Origin: Alphaproteobacteria bacterium
GTDB lineage: Bacteria > Pseudomonadota > Alphaproteobacteria > RF32 > CAG-239
Direction: 5' to 3'
Length of the DNA stretch: 64,000 nucleotides
Assembly: GCA_015062285.1 (NCBI GenBank)
Contig: SUUY01000001.1
Location: 30,622 to 94,621, forward strand
Shown here: positions 51,687 to 61,898 of the stretch, piece by piece
Position numbering within the stretch: the stretch's first letter is position 1
Layout: each line of letters opens with the position of its first letter
Position numbers and translations under genes: made by a program
The notes under the pieces: generated by a model
What the model was told of the DNA's origin: nothing
Databases searched by the model: none
Seen by the model: only the letters and a program-made list of their open reading frames with translations

Positions 51687-52243
51687 TTTTTTACCATAGA
51701 TCGTTGTTCTGCAGACATAGCCTTGTATACTTTTATGGCATTTTCTTTTGCTTGAGGAACTTTTAGGTTTTCGGCTTTTCGGTATAAAATGAAAGCTGTT
51801 GGTAGGTCTTGAGATACCCCGATACCATTGGTGTACATCCAAGCTAATATTTCGGTGGCTTTTCCATCGTTGTTTCCGGCTCTTGTATTTAGTTCTTCCA
51901 AATCTAGCGGTGAAACGTTGTTTTCTTGTACGGCTTTGATTGTTTTTTCCCATTTTTCTTGACGGGCTTTTTCTTGGGCCAGTTTTAATTGTGTGTCGTT
52001 AGTCAGGTTTATTGTTTTGCCGGATTGTTGTTTTTCTGATACGGGGGGGTGTTTGATCTTATCCAGAGGAGCATCTTGGATGATTTCAGGCTCTTGGCGG
52101 TTTTTTACAAATAAAGGAAGGTATCCTTGATTGTCAGAACGAATGATGTCACGATACAAATCATCAAGGCTTGCCGCTTTGGCTGTCTGTGGAAGAATGT
52201 TCGTCAATATAAAAGACGCTATGATTAAAGCAAAATATTTCAT
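51683..52243 (-). CDS. Secreted Sel1-like repeat protein
   Basis: Signal peptide ending AKA; Sel1/TPR-like segment AWMYTNGIGVSQDLPTAFILYRKAAE. Confidence 0.6.
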   Translation of the reverse strand: MKYFALIIASFILTNILPQTAKAASLDDLYRDIIRSDNQGYLPLFVKNRQEPEIIQDAPLDKIKHPPVSEKQQSGKTINLTNDTQLKLAQEKARQEKWEKTIKAVQENNVSPLDLEELNTRAGNNDGKATEILAWMYTNGIGVSQDLPTAFILYRKAENLKVPQAKENAIKVYKAMSAEQRSMVKN

Positions 52244-52339
52244 TTCTTTATTGTAAGTTAATAAAACATAGTAATAATATCAACTAAGAGGTTTTGTGCC
52301 AGTATAATTTGTTTCTTATGAACAGATAGGATTGTAAAA

Positions 52340-53263
52340 ATGAAAAAAATTTATTCAGGTATAGAAGAATTGGTAGGGCAAACGCCATTGGTTCATTTGC
52401 AAAAGTGGGAAAAGAAAAATAATCTTAAAGCAAATATTGTGGCAAAATGTGAGTTTTATAATCCTTTGTTTTCAATAAAGGATAGGGTATCTCTTAGTAT
52501 GCTTGAAAAGTTAGAACAAGAGGGAAGAATATCTGAGGATACAATTTTTGTAGAGGCAACCAGTGGAAATACAGGAATTGCTCTTGCCGCATTTATGGCA
52601 TCAAAAGGATATAAGTTGGTTATTGTGATGCCTGAAAATATGAGCAAAGAGAGAGTATCTTTAATAAAATATTTTGGAGCAGAAGTAATTCTAACTCCGA
52701 AAGAAGATGGAATGCAAGGAGCGATTACTAAAGTAAATCTGCTAAAAGATAAGAATCCTAATGTGATTGTACTGGATCAATTTAGTAATGAGGCTAATAC
52801 AGATGCTCATAGGTTTGGCACCAGCATCGAGATTTTGGAGGCAACTAAAGGAAATGTTGATGTCTTGATAGCCGGTATAGGCACTGCCGGAACATTGTGT
52901 GGAGTTGCATCAACCCTTAAAAGCAATAATCCCGATTTGTATGTTGTGGGGGTAGAGCCGAAAGCTTCAGCTGTTTTGAACGGAAAAAAGGCAGGAGTTC
53001 ATAATATTCCGGGAATAGGAGCCGGAATTGTTCCGCCATTATACGACAAATCATTAGTTGATGAAATCGTTGATGTCGCTGACGATGATGCTTGGGAAAC
53101 CGCTAAAAAACTCTCTCAAACGGAGGGCTTGCCTATTGGAATTTCTTCTGGAGCAGCACTTTGGGCGGCAACTCAAATAGCTAAAAATCAGAAATTTGTC
53201 GGAAAGCAAATTGTGGTTATTTTTCCGGATGCAATTAATAATTATTTATCAATGTTAAAGTAA
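52340..53263 (+). CDS. cysK: Cysteine synthase (PLP-dependent, CysK/CysM family)
   Basis: PLP-lysine region PLFSIKDR; SGNTGIALA motif. Confidence 0.88.
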   Translation: MKKIYSGIEELVGQTPLVHLQKWEKKNNLKANIVAKCEFYNPLFSIKDRVSLSMLEKLEQEGRISEDTIFVEATSGNTGIALAAFMASKGYKLVIVMPENMSKERVSLIKYFGAEVILTPKEDGMQGAITKVNLLKDKNPNVIVLDQFSNEANTDAHRFGTSIEILEATKGNVDVLIAGIGTAGTLCGVASTLKSNNPDLYVVGVEPKASAVLNGKKAGVHNIPGIGAGIVPPLYDKSLVDEIVDVADDDAWETAKKLSQTEGLPIGISSGAALWAATQIAKNQKFVGKQIVVIFPDAINNYLSMLK

Positions 53264-53327
53264 CAGGCTCTTTAAGTTTTATTTGTAAAGCATATTTAAA
53301 AAACTATAATATTTGAGATTTTAAAGC

Positions 53328-54230
53328 ATGCTTTGGATAATAGATAGTTTAGTTTACGGTTTTTTTACCGCTTTATATACATTAGTGAATCAGAAACATA
53401 AGTTTAATGGTTATGTTTTGGGTATTTGGCGCGGTTTTGGCATTTCATTGTTATTTTTACCGTTTTTATTTTTTATTCCGCTTCAAAAGTCTATTGATAA
53501 TTGGGCTTTGTTGATTTTTCAGGGAATAATGATTGGAATTTATGATTCTCATTTGTTTTTTTCTTCAGCAAAATATGGGGCAGGCGCAACTTCAAGAGTG
53601 CTGAGTGTTGCTGTGTTGATTACAACAATTATATGGTGGATATTAACGCCTCAGTTGTTTTTTGTTCTGGTGCAAAATGAAAATGTATTTATTACATTGT
53701 TGTTAGCGCTTAGCGGTTTTAGTATAAGCTATTGGTATATGATAAAAGAGCCAATAACTAAGAGTTGTGTCGAGTACATGGCTCCGGCAATTTTTTCTTT
53801 GGCAGGAATGAGCGCTGCAACCAAAGAGATTGCTATGATGGGGCAAGATGTTTGGCATAATATTTTATATTATCTGGTGGTGGCAACATTTGTGAGTGGA
53901 ATATATAATACCATATTATATGTGAAGACGTCATCGGTAAGCAGAAAAGAGTTATTTGCCAATGTCTTTGCGCCGGAAGTGGTTAAAGTTGGTATTTATA
54001 TTGTCGGATTTTCGGCAATTTTGATTGCTTCAAAAACTATGGCAATGCGATTATCTCCAAACCCCGGATATGTTGTTGCTTTGATGTTGACAGCTCCGAT
54101 ATTTGTTTTTTTCTTAAACAAATACAATAAAATTCCTGACAATGTTTCTATAAAAGTAGGTTTTTGTATGGTGTTTTTTTTAGTGTTGTTAATGTTGATT
54201 GTGAACATGGGAGCAAATGTTATTGATTGA
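53328..54230 (+). CDS. Hypothetical polytopic membrane protein (possibly DMT/EamA-like)
   Basis: 300 aa, ~10 TM segments. Confidence 0.45.
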   Translation: MLWIIDSLVYGFFTALYTLVNQKHKFNGYVLGIWRGFGISLLFLPFLFFIPLQKSIDNWALLIFQGIMIGIYDSHLFFSSAKYGAGATSRVLSVAVLITTIIWWILTPQLFFVLVQNENVFITLLLALSGFSISYWYMIKEPITKSCVEYMAPAIFSLAGMSAATKEIAMMGQDVWHNILYYLVVATFVSGIYNTILYVKTSSVSRKELFANVFAPEVVKVGIYIVGFSAILIASKTMAMRLSPNPGYVVALMLTAPIFVFFLNKYNKIPDNVSIKVGFCMVFFLVLLMLIVNMGANVID

Positions 54231-54296
54231 AAAAAATGCTGGATTTTTAAAATTTTTTCTGATATACACGAAAACATAATTATAAATATATTAAAT

Positions 54297-54322
54297 GAGC
54301 GGGGCAAAAGCCTCGCTCTTTT
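54297..54322 (+). terminator. Rho-independent terminator upstream of rimP
   Basis: gagcggggc-aaaa-gcctcgctc-ttttatt. Confidence 0.6.
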
Positions 54323-54338
54323 ATTAGGAGAATCGATA

Positions 54339-54836
54339 ATGGCTGGAATGTCTGAACTGGAAGAAATATTAACGCCTGTGATAGATAATTTGGGTTTTGA
54401 ACTGGTCAGAATCATGACTATTGGCGTTAAGAGCCCAACGTTGCAGATAATGATAGAGAGAAAAGACCGTGAGAATTTGGTGGTAGATGATTGCGCTTTG
54501 GTTAGCAGAGCTATCTCTGAATTGTTGGATGAGGTTGATCCGATAGAAGGCGAATATTCTTTAGAGGTTAGCTCTCCGGGGTTGGACAGGCCACTAACTA
54601 AGTTGGAAAATTTTGAACGTTTTGTAGGTTATGAAGCGAAAGTTGAGACAAAAGCAGAAGTGGAAGGACGCAAACGTTTTAAAGGTCGAATCGTGAAGGT
54701 TGACGACCAACAGCAAATTATTTTTGAAATGGAAGGTAGGGAATATATAATTCCTTATGATGCGGTTTCAAAAGCAAAATTAGTGCTGAATGATGAGCTT
54801 TTAGCGGAAGCTGTGGCTGATCAGGAAGGTGAATAA
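54339..54836 (+). CDS. rimP: Ribosome maturation factor RimP
   Basis: Conserved rimP-nusA-infB operon position; typical size. Confidence 0.8.
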   Translation: MAGMSELEEILTPVIDNLGFELVRIMTIGVKSPTLQIMIERKDRENLVVDDCALVSRAISELLDEVDPIEGEYSLEVSSPGLDRPLTKLENFERFVGYEAKVETKAEVEGRKRFKGRIVKVDDQQQIIFEMEGREYIIPYDAVSKAKLVLNDELLAEAVADQEGE

Positions 54837-54868
54837 TTAACTTAAATTCTATAATATTGAGGGTAAAA

Positions 54869-56380
54869 ATGGAAACTATCGAAAATATGCCTAGACCGGA
54901 AATTGTTTTGGTTGCAGACACTGTAGCCAGAGAGAAAAACATTGACCGTGATGATGTATTGGTTGCAATGGAAATTGCTATTCAAAAAGCAGCTCGTTCT
55001 AAATATGGTTTTGAACATGATATTAGGGCTCACATTGATCGTAAAACCGGTGCAATCAGCATGGCTCGCTATCGTGAGGTTGTTGAAAACGGCGTAGAGT
55101 TGGAAAATGAGTCAGCTCAACTTTGGTTAGATGATGCTTTGGCTTATGATCCAAATATTAAAGTTGGTGAGTTTTTAATTGATCAGCTTCCTCCAATTGA
55201 TTTTGGGCGTATTGCAGCACAAACAGCTAAACAAGTGATTGTTCAAAAAGTGCGCGAAGCTGAAAGAAACAAGCAATTTGAAGAATATAAAGAAAAGATT
55301 GGTACGATTATTAACGGCACAGTTAAACGTGTTGAATTTGGTAATGTGGTATTGGATATAGGTAAAACGGAAGCTATTTTGCGTCGTGATGAAATTATTC
55401 CTCGTGAAAAATTTAAGAATGGCGACAGAGTTCGTGCTTATGTTCTTGATGTGCGTCGTGAGAACAAAGGTCCGCAAATCTTTTTATCTCGTACTTGTCC
55501 TGAATTTTTGAGTAAGTTATTTACTTCTGAGGTTCCGGAAATTTATGATGGAATCGTGAAGATTGTCAGCGTTGCCCGCGACCCTGGTTCAAAAGCAAAA
55601 ATATCTGTTAGGACCGATGATGTGACAATTGATCCGGTTGGAGCTTGTGTCGGTTTAAGAGGTATTCGCGTGCAGGCTGTTGTAACTGAGTTGCAGGGCG
55701 AAAAAATTGATATAGTGCCTTATTCTGAAGATAGAGCTCAATATATTGTCAGCGCTTTGGCTCCGTCAGAAGTTAGCAAGGTTGTGATTGATGAAGAGAA
55801 TAATCGTATTGAGGTTGTTGTTCCGCAAGAACAATTTTCAATAGCTATTGGCCGTAGAGGTCAAAATGTTAAACTTGCTTCTCAGTTGCTTGGCTGTGAT
55901 ATTGACGTTTTGACAGAAGAACAAGAGCAAGAGCGCCGTTCTAATGAAAACAAAGTTCGTTCTCAACGCTTTATGGAAGCATTGGATGTTGATGAAATGA
56001 TCGCACACTTATTGATTGCTGAAGGCTTCTCTAAGGTAGATGAAATTGCTATGGTCGACTTGAGCGAATTGGCAGAGATTGAAGGTTTTGACGAAGAAGT
56101 TGCTAGTGAGCTTCAGTCAAGAGCTAAAGAATATGTTACTAAACGTGATCAAGAATTTGAGAAACAAAGTAAATCTTTAGGGCTTGATGAAAAATTGCAA
56201 ACGGTTGACGGGTTGGATAGAGATATGCTTTTGACCTTAGCTAATAATGGCATTAAGACAATTGATGACTTAGCAGATTTGGCTGCTGATGAGTTGATTG
56301 AAATTTTAGGTGAAGATACTGTTTCTATTCAAGAAGCAAACAGAATAATTATGGGTGCTCGTGAACACTGGTTTGAATAG
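54869..56380 (+). CDS. nusA: Transcription termination/antitermination factor NusA
   Basis: S1 and two KH domains (GRRGQNVKLASQL); C-terminal acidic repeat domains; start trimmed to ATG 54869. Confidence 0.92.
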   Translation: METIENMPRPEIVLVADTVAREKNIDRDDVLVAMEIAIQKAARSKYGFEHDIRAHIDRKTGAISMARYREVVENGVELENESAQLWLDDALAYDPNIKVGEFLIDQLPPIDFGRIAAQTAKQVIVQKVREAERNKQFEEYKEKIGTIINGTVKRVEFGNVVLDIGKTEAILRRDEIIPREKFKNGDRVRAYVLDVRRENKGPQIFLSRTCPEFLSKLFTSEVPEIYDGIVKIVSVARDPGSKAKISVRTDDVTIDPVGACVGLRGIRVQAVVTELQGEKIDIVPYSEDRAQYIVSALAPSEVSKVVIDEENNRIEVVVPQEQFSIAIGRRGQNVKLASQLLGCDIDVLTEEQEQERRSNENKVRSQRFMEALDVDEMIAHLLIAEGFSKVDEIAMVDLSELAEIEGFDEEVASELQSRAKEYVTKRDQEFEKQSKSLGLDEKLQTVDGLDRDMLLTLANNGIKTIDDLADLAADELIEILGEDTVSIQEANRIIMGAREHWFE

Positions 56381-56386
56381 AATGAA

Positions 56387-56420
56387 ATGAGAGAGCCAAT
56401 TTTGCTTGGCTCTCTCTCAT
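56387..56420. other. Stem-loop between nusA and ylxR-like gene (no T-run)
   Basis: atgagagagcc-aattttgctt-ggctctctctcat. Confidence 0.5.
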
Positions 56421-56439
56421 TAAAGAAAGTAATTAATAA

Positions 56440-57012
56440 ATGAAACAAAATGAAGTAACAAGAAAATGTATTGTCAGCGGAAAGATCTTAACCAAAGATC
56501 AGTTGCTTCGTTTTGTTCTTGGGCCAAATAATGAAATTATTCCTGATTTTAAGAAAAAGCTCCCAGGCAAAGGTATTTATGTTTCTAATTCGAAAGTTGA
56601 TTTGCATAAGGCTATAGAAAAAAATTTATTTGCAAAAGCTTTGAAAAAGAATGTAAAAGTTGTTGAGAATATGGAAGTTATGGTAGAGCGGATTTTGTAT
56701 AATTCTGCTTTGCAGGCAATTTCATTATCTCGAAAAGGGGGAGCTTTTATTACCGGAATGGAAAAAGTTCTAGAAGCCCTAAAAAAAGGTAATGTTGATT
56801 TTTTGCTTGAGGCTTCTGATGCCGGCGCAGACGGCAAAGAAAAGATATTGCGTGCAGCAAAGCATATTGAAATTTTTAGTTTTTTTACTAGTGAGGAGTT
56901 GGACAAGGCACTTGATAGGATAAACACGGTTCATTGCGCTTTTACTAAAAGCGAAATTTCTAAACTAGTCAGCCATGAATTTAGAAAATTGGCTGATTTT
57001 CTAAATTCATAA
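56440..57012 (+). CDS. YlxR/DUF448-like RNA-binding protein plus L7Ae-like domain
   Basis: CIVSGK...L.RFV N-terminal DUF448 signature; position between nusA and infB. Confidence 0.7.
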   Translation: MKQNEVTRKCIVSGKILTKDQLLRFVLGPNNEIIPDFKKKLPGKGIYVSNSKVDLHKAIEKNLFAKALKKNVKVVENMEVMVERILYNSALQAISLSRKGGAFITGMEKVLEALKKGNVDFLLEASDAGADGKEKILRAAKHIEIFSFFTSEELDKALDRINTVHCAFTKSEISKLVSHEFRKLADFLNS

Positions 57013-57043
57013 AACACATGTTAAAATACGGAGACTTATATAT

Positions 57044-59539
57044 ATGACAGAAGAAAATACCAAAGGCAAGTTGACATTATCAGGAAAATCGACACTTACC
57101 TTGAAATTGGGAGCTTCTAAGAGTGGCGGCCATGATGGTAAAAAAATGGTACAAGTTGAGGTGCGCAAAAAGAGAGTTATTGTTGCCGGATCAACAAAAA
57201 CAGAGCCTAAAATGCAAATTGATGAGGCTACAGCAGCCAAATTAAAACTTATTGCAGAAGCGAAAGAATTTGATAATAAACGTAGACAGGAAGAAGAAGA
57301 AAAAAATGCATTACGCCAAAAACAGCGTGAGGAAGAAGAAGTAAAACGTAGAGAAAATGAAGCTAAAGAAGCTGCAAAAATGGCAGAAAAAGCAAAAAAA
57401 GAGGCTGAAGAAAAAGCTATAAAAGAAGAACAGGCAAGAAGCAAGCCGGTAAACACGGAAAGTGAATCAGATAATTGGAGCAAACAGAAGGATAAGAAGT
57501 TTTCTCGTGATTATGATGATGACGATGATGAGGAGGAAAACAGTCGATCTTCTTCAAAGAAATATTCTCGTCCTGCAAGCAAAGAAGAAGTTTTTGAACA
57601 AGAACGTAAGAAAATTATGAAGAGAAGCTTTGAGCCACAACGTAGAGGCGGAAAAGTAAATCTTTATAATATCGGTTCCGGTGATGATGACGATGATGAT
57701 TATGGTTTTGGAGGTCCGCGTCGCAGATTTAAGAAAAAACAACCTAAACCCCAACAAGTTGTGCAACAACCACAAGAAAAAGTAATTAAGGAAGTTATTA
57801 TTCCTGAAGTAATTACCGTACAAGAGCTTGCCAATCGTATGGCTGAAAAAAGCTCTGATGTAATTAAAAAGTTGATGGGTTTGGGTGTTATGGCTACAAT
57901 CAACCAGCCGATTGATGCTGATACAGCTCAGTTGATTGTGGAGGATTTTGGTCATAAATATAAACGTGTAGCCGAAAGTGATGTGGAACAAGTTTTGCAA
58001 AATGAAGAGGATACTGCAGAACAATTGTTGCCACGTGCTCCGGTTGTGACAGTTATGGGACACGTTGACCATGGTAAAACCTCTTTGCTTGATGCGTTGC
58101 GTGAAACTAACGTAGTAGCCAGAGAGGCTGGTGGAATTACTCAACATATCGGCGCATATCAAATTACAGTGCCGACCGGTGATAAAATTACATTTATTGA
58201 TACTCCGGGGCACGAGGCATTTTCTGAAATGCGTGCCAGAGGTGCAAAGGTTACGGATATTGTAGTTTTGGTGGTGGCTGCAAATGACGGTATTATGCCA
58301 CAAACGGTTGAGGCTATTCGTCATGCTCAGGCTGCCGATGTTCCTATTGTTGTGGCTATTAATAAAATAGATCTTCCGGGTGCTGATCCGATGAAGGTTA
58401 AAACAGCATTGCTTCAACATGGAATCGGTATTGAAGAAATGGGTGGCGAATGCTTGTGTGCAGAAGTTTCAGCTAAGAAGAGAATCAATATTGATAAATT
58501 GGTTGAGGCAATTTTGTTGCAAGCAGAAATGCTTGATTTGAAAGCTAATCCGAATCGTAAGGCCGAAGGTGCTGTGGTTGAGGCAAAAATGGAAAAAGGC
58601 CGTGGTACGGTGGTAACCGCTTTGGTACAAAGAGGAACTCTCCGAGTTGGTGATATTTGTATTGCCGGTAAAGAGTGGGGACGTGTTCGTGCAATGTTTA
58701 ATGAACTCGGTCAAAAAGTGCAAGAAGCTAATCCGGCAACTCCGGTAGAAGTTTTGGGATTGCAAGGTACTCCTTCTGCCGGTGATGATTTTGTTGTGGT
58801 TGCTGATGAAAACCAAGCTAAGGAAATTACCGGATATCGTATCAGAAAAGAGCGTGAAGCTAAGCTTGTAAAATCAGCTAAGTCTGCAATGGAGATGATG
58901 CTTGATAAGATTAAATCCGGTGAAGTTAAACATTTGCCATTGATTATAAAAGCTGACGTACAAGGTTCTATTGAGGCTATTGAAGGTACGGTTAACAAGC
59001 TTTCTAACGAAGAAGTTAGCGTGCAAATATTGCACTCTGCTGTCGGTGCTATTTCAGAATCGGATATTTCCTTGGCAAAAGCGTCACATGCTTTGGTAAT
59101 CGGATTTAACGTTCGTGCAACTCCAACAGCCAGAGATGTTGCTCGTCGTGATGGCGTAGAAATTAAATACTACTCAATTATTTACGATGTATTAGATGAT
59201 GTGAAAAAAGGACTTGAAGGAATGCTTTCGCCAGAACTCAAAGAGAAACTATTGGGTTATGCCGAAATTAGAGAAGTATACAATATTACCGGCGTTGGAA
59301 AAGTCGGAGGTTGTATGGTTACTGAAGGCATGGTTAAGCGTGGTGCTAAGATCCGCTTATTACGTGATAACGTAGTTATTCATGATGGTTCTATCGGACA
59401 ACTAAAACGCTTTAAAGAAGACGTAAAAGAAGTTAAAGAAGGTTATGAGTGCGGTATATCCTTTGAAAATTATAATGACATTCAAAAAGGTGATTTCATT
59501 GAGTGTTATGAGATAGAGGAAATCGCCGCCAAACTGTAA
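57044..59539 (+). CDS. infB: Translation initiation factor IF-2
   Basis: GTPase G-domain [28 protein letters not shown]; long charged N-terminal region. Confidence 0.95.
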   Translation: MTEENTKGKLTLSGKSTLTLKLGASKSGGHDGKKMVQVEVRKKRVIVAGSTKTEPKMQIDEATAAKLKLIAEAKEFDNKRRQEEEEKNALRQKQREEEEVKRRENEAKEAAKMAEKAKKEAEEKAIKEEQARSKPVNTESESDNWSKQKDKKFSRDYDDDDDEEENSRSSSKKYSRPASKEEVFEQERKKIMKRSFEPQRRGGKVNLYNIGSGDDDDDDYGFGGPRRRFKKKQPKPQQVVQQPQEKVIKEVIIPEVITVQELANRMAEKSSDVIKKLMGLGVMATINQPIDADTAQLIVEDFGHKYKRVAESDVEQVLQNEEDTAEQLLPRAPVVTVMGHVDHGKTSLLDALRETNVVAREAGGITQHIGAYQITVPTGDKITFIDTPGHEAFSEMRARGAKVTDIVVLVVAANDGIMPQTVEAIRHAQAADVPIVVAINKIDLPGADPMKVKTALLQHGIGIEEMGGECLCAEVSAKKRINIDKLVEAILLQAEMLDLKANPNRKAEGAVVEAKMEKGRGTVVTALVQRGTLRVGDICIAGKEWGRVRAMFNELGQKVQEANPATPVEVLGLQGTPSAGDDFVVVADENQAKEITGYRIRKEREAKLVKSAKSAMEMMLDKIKSGEVKHLPLIIKADVQGSIEAIEGTVNKLSNEEVSVQILHSAVGAISESDISLAKASHALVIGFNVRATPTARDVARRDGVEIKYYSIIYDVLDDVKKGLEGMLSPELKEKLLGYAEIREVYNITGVGKVGGCMVTEGMVKRGAKIRLLRDNVVIHDGSIGQLKRFKEDVKEVKEGYECGISFENYNDIQKGDFIECYEIEEIAAKL

Positions 59540-59545
59540 AAGATT

Positions 59546-59736
59546 GTATAATGGCTTATCTAGAGCGGTTTGTTCCGGTCAAAAGTTTCCTCACGTACTT
59601 CTATGTACGCTCCGGTACTTTTGCCGTTCAAGCCACTCTATTTAAACCATTCTCCAAGCTTTTATGGTGTTAAGTATAATGGCTCATTTAGAGCAGTTTG
59701 TTCCGGCCAAAGGTTTCCTCACGTACCTCTATGTAC
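59546..59736 (+). repeat. Two copies of a 63-bp direct repeat (~90% identical, period 128 bp), each beginning with gtataatgg
   Basis: 59546-59608 and 59674-59736 align with 6 mismatches. Confidence 0.85.
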
Positions 59737-59852
59737 AATAAAATTTCAAAATCCCTTGACGCCTACTATTCTATTTACTTATAAAGTTGGGTAGTTAATT
59801 GCAAAGATTTTAATATTAATTTTTATGTTTTATCATTTAATTTCTATTTATT

Positions 59853-60767
59853 ATGAAGAAGTTTTTTTTAGAACAGAGTGATGATAAAAAACATCATCTG
59901 TTTGTATGGGATTCTGCAACGGGGCAGATGTCTTTACTGGCTGTGAGTGATTTTGCAAAACAGATAGATTTTTCTTCGTTTATTATTAAAAACGAAAAAG
60001 AATCTTATAATGTTTTTACTTTATCTGAAGGTTGTATCGAAAAATTTGTGGTGCCAAATGCAAATATCGAGATATATAATAAATGTTTTATATGGCAAGA
60101 TGAAGGTGTTTGGTTTGGCGGTCATACACAAAATGATATAGTACGCTTAGGAGAACGTTTTGCCGCTCGAATGAGTATTACAGCTTGTGTGATGTGTAAC
60201 ACTAATAAATGGCTTTATTTTATTGATGAGCAAGATGATGGAAGAATGTATCTTACTTTTATCAGAAAAAATGGTTTTTATCGGTGCGGACCATATAAAA
60301 AGCTAGAACACGGCTGTGCGGATAAACTAATTGCCTATAAGGATGATATATATTGTGATATATATATTCCTTATTCACCGTATCTTGAATGTCCTAAAAA
60401 AGACGACAAATCGTTTAGCTCTTTTTTTATGCCGGATAAAGCATTTTATTGGCAAGATAAAGAAAGAGCGTGGCTGTGTATGGGAAAAGGAGTAGCATTG
60501 GCAGCAAATGCATTTCAGGAACATTATCTGAAAGATGATAAACCATATGCCAGGTTGTACGAGGTTGTTGGTAAAGAGAAGAAGCTTGTTACTGAGGGTA
60601 GATTTGATGCTACAAGAAATGGAGATAAATATGATGATCACCATTTTATAGTGACATGCGTTGATGGTTTCTTATATCCTTATCGAGAGAGTGACAGAAA
60701 AATAGATTTTTCTAGTCCGAAACCGACATTATCACGAAAACTAAAAAAGATTTTTACCGGAAAATAG
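59853..60767 (+). CDS. Cys/Trp-rich WG-repeat-like protein with basic C-terminal tail (paralog family member 1)
   Basis: 304 aa; NKWLYFIDEQDDGRMY WG-like motif; C-terminus RKIDFSSPKPTLSRKLKKIFTGK shared with 61899-62759. Confidence 0.6.
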   Translation: MKKFFLEQSDDKKHHLFVWDSATGQMSLLAVSDFAKQIDFSSFIIKNEKESYNVFTLSEGCIEKFVVPNANIEIYNKCFIWQDEGVWFGGHTQNDIVRLGERFAARMSITACVMCNTNKWLYFIDEQDDGRMYLTFIRKNGFYRCGPYKKLEHGCADKLIAYKDDIYCDIYIPYSPYLECPKKDDKSFSSFFMPDKAFYWQDKERAWLCMGKGVALAANAFQEHYLKDDKPYARLYEVVGKEKKLVTEGRFDATRNGDKYDDHHFIVTCVDGFLYPYRESDRKIDFSSPKPTLSRKLKKIFTGK

Positions 60768-60771
60768 AAGA

Positions 60772-60803
60772 AAATCCTTCTGCTTTTGCAGAGGGATTTT
60801 TTT
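60772..60803 (+). terminator. Rho-independent terminator
   Basis: aaatccttctgc-tttt-gcagagggattt-ttttt. Confidence 0.75.
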
Positions 60804-60872
60804 GTTGCAAAATAGTGAGCAGTGTTGTATTTGATTCTTTAATATCATTATTATTAATTAAAATACGTTTAT

Positions 60873-61778
60873 ATGAAAAAGTTTATTATTAAAAAAATTT
60901 TGACAGCAAAAGAACTATCTAAGCTGGGCAGAAAGATTTTGGAAAAAGTAAGTGCTTCTACTTTGTCCAGAATTGTTGCTGAATGTGCAGATTCATTTGG
61001 CGAGGCACAAGAGTATATTGTAGCCAGCAAGTGCTATGAAGAAGCTATCTTAAAATGTACAACCATGTTGGGGTGTCCATCTAGTGAAATTCTTCGGGTA
61101 TTGGTTGAACGGGGAAAGTATCATGCATTGTATGCAGCCAATCTGGAAGAAATGGATTCTTTTTGTGTATCTAAGATTTTGGAAATCTCTGAGGTGAATG
61201 ATAGACTTCGTCTTAAAGTCCTTACGGAGTGTTGTTTAGACTTAGCTGCTTGGGACCGCATTTTACGCCAAAAAAACAATCATTTAGAGTTGTTATTGGC
61301 GTTGAGAAATAAAAAAGCGGAAAAACTGAACAGTAATTTTGTGAGCGGTATTCTAGCTCGAGAAAATGAAGAAGAAATTGCCGCTATGATTGAAAAAGGA
61401 GTTTCGCCAAAAGCGTGGTCTCTCTTGTTGAAAATTCCGAAATGGAAGCAAAAGACATTTGAGCGTCTGGAAAAAGAGCCTTTGAACGAATGGGCCGAGG
61501 AAATTGGTAAATACGCGTTTACTGAGGGTTCTGACTCGGATCGCCGGTCTTTCATGTGCATTTTCTGTAAAAAGTATGCCACGGAAAAGTTTACAATCCC
61601 TCACGTGATTGTGGAATTGCTTGTTGCCAATAACGAAAACAAGTATTTGATTGAGTATTTTGAAGCCGGCGGACTTTTAGATCAGAGGTCTTATGCTTTA
61701 GTGACGTTGGATAATAATCCGAAAGTTATTAAAGCAATGAAGACTTGGCCGGTACAGCGAAGGTTGGTAAAAGAGTAG
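60873..61778 (+). CDS. Hypothetical alpha-helical protein
   Basis: 301 aa, own promoter-like AT-rich upstream region and terminator; no motif recognised. Confidence 0.45.
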   Translation: MKKFIIKKILTAKELSKLGRKILEKVSASTLSRIVAECADSFGEAQEYIVASKCYEEAILKCTTMLGCPSSEILRVLVERGKYHALYAANLEEMDSFCVSKILEISEVNDRLRLKVLTECCLDLAAWDRILRQKNNHLELLLALRNKKAEKLNSNFVSGILARENEEEIAAMIEKGVSPKAWSLLLKIPKWKQKTFERLEKEPLNEWAEEIGKYAFTEGSDSDRRSFMCIFCKKYATEKFTIPHVIVELLVANNENKYLIEYFEAGGLLDQRSYALVTLDNNPKVIKAMKTWPVQRRLVKE

Positions 61779-61782
61779 TAGA

Positions 61783-61811
61783 AAAAGCAGTCTGATAAGA
61801 CTGCTTTTTCT
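61783..61811 (+). terminator. Rho-independent terminator
   Basis: aaaaa-gcagtc-tgataa-gactgc-ttttt. Confidence 0.8.
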
Positions 61812-61898
61812 ATATTTAGGGGTCTTGATTTTAATTGGAATTATCAATATACTGTGCTTCAGATTGAAATTATGTTGTTATATTAAATTGTTATAATT

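Noticed and set aside
56387-56420. Stem-loop after nusA considered as an intrinsic terminator
   Set aside because: It has a strong hairpin but no downstream U-run. nusA-ylxR-infB are normally co-transcribed, so it is more likely a processing or structural element. It is listed as a feature of type 'other', not as a terminator.
57007-58420. 158-aa and 288-aa minus-strand ORFs overlapping infB
   Set aside because: They are low-complexity antisense ORFs opposite the charged N-terminal region and G-domain of IF-2. They are artefacts of the Lys/Glu-rich coding strand.
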